Source: Lama guanicoe
Taxonomy: Eukaryota
Length of the DNA: 64,000 nt
Assembly: GCA_013239625.1 (NCBI GenBank)
Contig: MU054338.1
Location: 6,054,724 to 6,118,723, forward strand
Reading direction: 5' to 3'
Under the pieces are notes generated by a model. It was given only the letters and a program-made list of their open reading frames with translations. It was not told the DNA's origin and made no database searches. Below are positions 32,430 to 64,000 of this stretch, in pieces; within the stretch, counting starts at the first letter, position 1, and every line of letters begins with the position of its first letter. A program made the translations under genes and the position numbers.

Positions 32430-34455
32430 GCATTATTTTCTATTATGGTCAATAAACTTTACCATCTTAACCGTGTTTCAGTGTGCAGTCAGGTGGCATT
32501 AAACACATTCATATTGTTGTGCGGCCATCACCCCCATCTATCCAGCTCTTTGGTCTTGCAGAACTGCAAGTCTGTGCTCAGCACCAACTCCCCCTCCCCC
32601 TCCCCCTCCCCCCATAATTCCTTATTCCCCCTCCCCCAGCCCCTGGCACCCACCGTCCTACTTTCCATCTCTAGGAATTTGATGGTACTCGGGACCTCCT
32701 ATAAGTGGAATCATACAGTATTCATCTTTTTGTAACTGGCTGGTTTCACTTAGCACAATGTCATTGATATCCATCCATGTCATAGCATGTGTCAGGATTT
32801 CCTTCCTTTTATTGGCTGAATAATATTCCGTGTGTGTGTGTATGTGTGTGTACACACACACACTTTGTTTATAGATTCACCTGCTGACGGACAAGGGTTG
32901 TTTCCTCCTTTTGGCTATTATGAATAATACTGCTATGAACACGGGGGTGCAAATATCTGTAGTCCCTGATTTCAGTTCTTCTGTGCGTATATACCCAAAA
33001 GTGGACTTGCTGGATCCCATGGTAGTTCTATTTTTAATTTTAAAAATGTCTTGAGGTACTGTTTTTAATTTTTTGCGGAACCGCCATACTGTTTTCCACA
33101 GTGCCTGCATCATTCCAAGTTGCCAGTTTCTCATCCTCGCCTACACTTATCTTCTGTTTTTTGTTTTTCATTACAGCCATCCTAATGGGTGTAAGGTAGC
33201 ATCTCGTTATGGTTTGCCACATTTGGTCTTTTATGCTTAGGTCCCTGTATTAAGTTTTTTTTTTCTTTTTCTTTTATTTTTTTGAGAGAGAAAACCATTT
33301 AAAATTTACATGTATGTACTGTTCATTGTTTCTAAGAACAGTTTAGAGATTTAACTTTTTAAACTTAAATAGTTACCAAAGAAATAAAGCCAACCACAAA
33401 ATAAGAATCAACAGAATGCAGTAATCCAATCATAAAGGACAGTCAAATGTGCTTACACATATTCAAGAAATCAGCCATCTAAAATGACTGTAACTCAATA
33501 AAAAATGTTAAAAAAAAAGAAATCAGCCATCTAAGTTATAAATAATAAGTAGTTCATTTGTGTCTTTTTTAGATTTCACATATAAGCAATATCAAATGGT
33601 ATTTTTCTTTCTCTTTCTGGCTTATTTTACTTAGAATGACAATCTCCAGGTCCATCCATGTTGCTGCAAATGGCATTATTTGATTCTTTCTTTTTTATGA
33701 TTGAGTAGTAGTCGTGTGTGTGTGTGTGTTTTCTTTATCCAGTCATCTGTTGATGGACATTTGGGTTGTTTCAATGTCTTGGCTGTTGTAAATAGTGCTG
33801 CTATGAATATTGGGGTGCATGTGTCCTTTTGAATTGTATTTTTCTTCAGACATACGCCCAGGAGTGAGATTGCTGGACCAAATGGTAAATCTATTTTTAG
33901 TTTTCTAAGGAATCTCCATACTATCCTCCATAGTGGCTGCACCAATTTACATTCCCACCAACAGTGTAGGGAGGGTTCCTTTTTTCCACACCCTCTCCTG
34001 CATGTGTCATCTGTGGACTTTTTAATGGTGGCCATTCTGGCTGGTGTGAGGAGATGTCTCATTGTGGTTTTGATTTGTATTTCTTTAACAATTAGTGATG
34101 CTGAGGATCTTTTCACGTACTTGTTGGCCATCTGTTTGCCTTCTTTGGGGAAATATCTGTTTAGGTCTTCTGCCTGTTTTTTTATTGGACTGCTTGTTTT
34201 TTTGCTATTAAGATGCGTGAGCTGTTTGTATATTTTGGAAATTAATCCCTTGTTGGTTGCATCATTTGCAAATACTTTCTCCCATTCTGTAAGTTGTCTT
34301 TTCATTTTGTTGATGGTATCCTTAGCTCTGCAAAAGCTTTTAATTAGATCCCATTTGTTTATTTTTGCTTTTATTTCCATTACTTCAGGAGCTGGTTGAA
34401 AAACTATATTGCTGTGATTTATGTCCAAGGGTGTTCTGCCTGTGTTTTCCTCTAT
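32430..34455 (-). mobile_element. Nested L1 fragments including a degenerate ORF2 C-terminus (33676-34428)
   Basis: [11 protein letters not shown]...EWEKVFAN...[14 protein letters not shown]...TPIFIAALFT is the L1 ORF2 C-terminal region. Confidence 0.92.
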
Positions 34456-35294
34456 GTTTGTTTCTATCCAGTGACCTGCTGTGTTCCTGACTGCACCCCA
34501 GCTGACATGCCAGTACGATTTGTGGTTCGACTGCCAAGCCCTAAGCTAGGGGTCTGAAATGCCCTCAAGGCCCAGGCTCAGGCAAAGCTGGGGTGCACAA
34601 GAGAAAGGGGGTGCAGGTGGACTACAGCCCACGTACTTGGCCAAATGTTACCACAATGAAGCCAAATTCGGCCAAACTTAAGATTGTTTGGCTTTGTGTT
34701 GTGAAATCTATTTTCTATATCTTAGCAGTGAATTTAATAGTTTCAGTTCAGTCCTTTGTCTTGTTGCTTAAGAGGTCCTCATGCCAACCGCTGCAGGGGC
34801 TCCGAAGGGCAGGGTCCTTCAGAAACATCACTTTGTGTTGATGGATCCCAGTGAGGGGATCTCGGCCCGTCACTCTTTCCTCCCAGATCCTCACACGGCC
34901 AGTTCTTACTCTCCTGGGCTCAGCTCAGATGTCACCTCCTTGGCAATCCTTCCCTGATACTCCCCAGAAATAAAAGAGCCCCCTGCCAATCACTTCTCTG
35001 TCCCATCATCCTGTTTAATATTCTTCTAAAAAATTCTTTTGGGATATCCATTTTCCCTTCTAAAGTGTCCCCCCTTGAGGAAGGGGACTTTTATTCACTG
35101 CAGGATCCCACACACCTGGAACAGGACCTGGCGCACAACAGGCGCCCAATAAATGCTTGCTGAATGAATGAACAAGCAGGAAATTTAGCAAAACCCCGGC
35201 TCAGGGCTCTGGGGAAATGTTCTCTTTCCAGATCCGTCTCCCAGGGAGTCTGGTCCACCAATAATGGAGGAAACCAGAAGAAAGCGGTTCAGTT

Positions 35295-36920
35295 TAGCCA
35301 GACACTGTATTTAAGAAATTTAATCAATCACAGTAAGACGTTCAAGCTATAAAAAACATTCTATACAGTGGTTTAAAAAGCGATACCCATCCCTGAAAAG
35401 CAACCCATATATACAACGCAGGCCTGATTTTCCTGAAGAGAGCGCTGTGCACAGCATGTGCACATCTTTGTACAGAAAGGCGAGGCGTCTCAGAGACAGT
35501 TTCCCTCGATGCAGCAAACCAGGGTTTGCAAAAATAAATAGATCTCTTTTCATATATATATATATAAGTGATAAATGTTTCAACAAATATACAAAGTGCA
35601 AACATAAAAAAGCCCCCATTGGCTGTCGGGGGGTTATTTACATGCTTCAGAAAGAGAGAAGGTGTTCACAGTCTCCTGCAGGGCGGGGTGCGGTGTTCTG
35701 CGGTTGTGCAGCAGGCAGGCAGACCCCTCAGACATCTCCCTGGCTGTCTGGTTGTAAATGTGGCGACACGTGCGTCAATTTCAGAAAGCATTCTTGTTTA
35801 GTAAGTCCCACAAAATGTGGGCGCCCAGGGCACGTCTTACAGGGTGGACCCGCCATTCATGTTGTTTCAGACCGAGCCCCCCAACCCCCGCCAACCACAA
35901 CTGGCTTGTGAGGGAAATTAATGGCTCGGGGGCATCTGCATAGAAGTGGAAACACCAGTAGCGAGCTCGGCTTTGAAGTCGCAATCAAGCCGACCCCCTT
36001 TCTTCCGCACACAGTACGTCTCCTGCCACAGCCAGACATCCACCTGGGCTCTCCGGCCTGGGAACCTGAACCAACGGGAACAGAAAGCAGTGCAAAACAG
36101 TAATAGTGTCGACTTTACACAACATATAACCCTGAACTGAAAAAGTGCAAGGGGCGAGGCTGCGGTCCAGACACCCGCACTGGGACCAAGGGACACAGAG
36201 AACAGAGCCGCTTCTCGCACAAGGTGGGGTGTCTCAGGCACTTAATACACATTACGGGGGACCGGTGGCTCAGGCTTTCCCTGGGAATGGCCGGGTCTTG
36301 GTGAGCGAATGGGGTTCAGCAGGCACCACCCCCTGAGGCCGGATCCTGCTGTGTCAATACCAACACCAGGGGCCCCTCCCCAGCTTGAGGGGAGGGCAGA
36401 TCCGGCTTGGAAGACCCTAGTTTGATCCTGACCTGGGGGTGGCAGAGCAAGAGCCGCCCTGGCGGTCCAGCCAGGCTCGCCAGGCAGAGGTAAACACGTT
36501 CAGTCCTGAGTGTGGGGCTCGGGCCGGAGGTGTGGGTCGCACCCGCTCTCAAGCGTGCAAAGCCACTAGGTTTCTCCTGCTCCGTGTCCCTCGGGAGGAG
36601 CCCGTCAAGGAGGAGAGAAGGAACTGTCCCCCAGCTGGCCCGCCCTCCTTCTCTTCTCCTTCACATGTAATGAAAGAAAAAAGCAACCCAAACCCGTGTG
36701 CGCCGTCGGAAGCCTGTCTGCCTCCCAGACAAATAAATATATAAAACAGAGCTCTGGCGGACAGGCAGACAATGCCGGGGCCACAGCCACCAGCAGTGCT
36801 TTTGGCGCCAAGGTCTCAGGAAGGGTTTTGGGGCAGGTCGGGGTCCAGGGAGAAAGTGTCCTTCCTGCATGTGAGTGACAGGCGGCAGGTTCCGGGGAGG
36901 CACGGGACTTGAGGCGCAGC
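35295..36920 (-). other. LDLR: LDLR 3' UTR (about 1.6 kb) with an AU-rich element and miRNA seed matches
   Basis: mRNA sense: UUUUAUAUAUUUAUUU (36731-36746), miR-148 seed TGCACTG (36088-36094), miR-17-family GCACTTT (36142-36148, 35593-35599), miR-27 ACTGTGA (35328-35334). Confidence 0.8.
35319..35324 (-). terminator. LDLR: LDLR polyadenylation signal ATTAAA
   Basis: Context GTCTTACTGTGATTGATTAAATTTCTTAAAT resembles the human LDLR mRNA end as recalled. Confidence 0.75.
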
Positions 36921-62901
<25,981 letters not shown>

Positions 62902-63003
62902 GCTCTCAGCCTCCACCTACAACGCCCCGGCCCGGGCTGCTATCCGCTGTGTCCGCTCTGGTAACCCTGGCGTCGCGCGGCCCGGACGCGACTGCACGCG
63001 GGG

Positions 63004-63130
63004 CCCCAGTCATTTGCAGCATTTCAATGTGAGGTTTCTCGCGGAGGGAGGAGTTTGCAGTGGGGTGATTTTCAAATATCTTCACCTCACTGCAAGAGGA
63101 GGAGTCTCGAGAGGAGGAGTTTCGAACGGC
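63004..63130 (-). promoter_or_regulatory. LDLR: LDLR proximal promoter: repeat 3 (Sp1), repeat 2/SRE-1, duplicated repeat 1 (Sp1)
   Basis: Minus strand: AAACTCCTCCCTCCGC (63041-63056), AAAATCACCCCACTGC (63057-63072; SRE ATCACCCCAC 63060-63069), ACTCCTCCTC twice (63092-63125). Confidence 0.95.
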
Positions 63131-64000
63131 CGATGTGACATGGGCTCCTTAACCCTTGAAGCCCTGACTCTGATTCCAGTCCTTCTCCAAAGCCGCTCCT
63201 GGACTGGCTGCTGAATTTATCCTATTTTGGCTGCCGGTGAAGAGCTGAGCCTCCCAGCCCCACCCCAAATTGGAATCACACGTCTCTTGAAGGAGCTCCT
63301 TTAAATTTCTCTCAACTTTTAATTACGTTCTCCTTGGTGCCCAAAGAAGATTAGCATCTGTCTGTCCTTCCAGATCATCTAATTGGCCAATGTCATCTCC
63401 CCTCTAACTCAAAAGGAAAAACTAGAAATGTTGGAAACCTACCCCTCTCCTTTCTCTACTTGCCTTTTCCTTTCTAGGAATTGTTTATAGATTTTAACTG
63501 TTTCTTCACGTATAGTTTTAGAGGGTTCTTTCAAATCACCACATAAACAGTAATCAATGAGGCATTTAAGTAAAGTCATCACGAAAATACAGCCAAAAAC
63601 TGATTTTGTTTTGTGGGATCCAGCACTTGAATGAAGTATGAGCAAAAACATCTCTAAAATCAATTGACCCAGTATCTGGGGTCTGGACATAAATATTGAT
63701 TTATCCTTTTACGAGGAGCTGAACAAACATAAAGGCCACCTCCTCTCCCTAAAGCAAAATTGAAACAGAACAGCGGTTTCAGGGTTGAACCTGACTGCCT
63801 AAACCACAGAAGTCTGGTTGAGAACAGGTTTTAAGAATCAGGGTATCTGTTGAGATACATCCTCTTGCCAGAGGCCCACTTGCCAAAAAGCCTCCCACAA
63901 AGGATCTGAAAGTTTTGGAGGGTTCCCTCAGGAAAGAGGGGAGTTGTCTGAGGTATTCCGAAATGAGCTTGACAGGGCACAGTAACCCCTCAGCAGGTTT

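Noticed and set aside
33676..34428. 250-aa ORF
   Set aside because: It is a decayed L1 ORF2 C-terminal fragment with no EN/RT domains, not a host gene.

Overview
This is a mammalian genomic window, most likely from a camelid, inferred from about 17 copies of a Vic-1-like tRNA-derived SINE. It covers the conserved KANK2-SPC24-LDLR block, in reverse orientation relative to human chr19p13.2. Three genes are present. (i) The last nine coding exons and 3' UTR of KANK2 (+ strand, 6990-14408, poly(A) signal at 16510). (ii) The complete 5-exon SPC24 gene (+, 21985-26842, 197 aa), with two U12 minor-spliceosome introns, one AT-AC and one GT-AG. (iii) The complete 18-exon LDLR gene (- strand, 62901-36921, 849 aa) with its SRE-1/Sp1 promoter. 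The rest is introns and intergenic DNA rich in SINE, L1, L2, MIR, LTR and DNA-transposon relics. I found no evidence for a new gene system. The most notable anomalies are a 15-bp tandem duplication of Sp1 'repeat 1' in the LDLR promoter, Asp-to-Glu at a Ca2+-ligand position of LDLR repeat LA4, a degenerate U12 branch site in SPC24, an L1 carrying a non-L1 3' tail, and several young tandem duplications. Comparisons with human sequence are from memory and need alignment to confirm.
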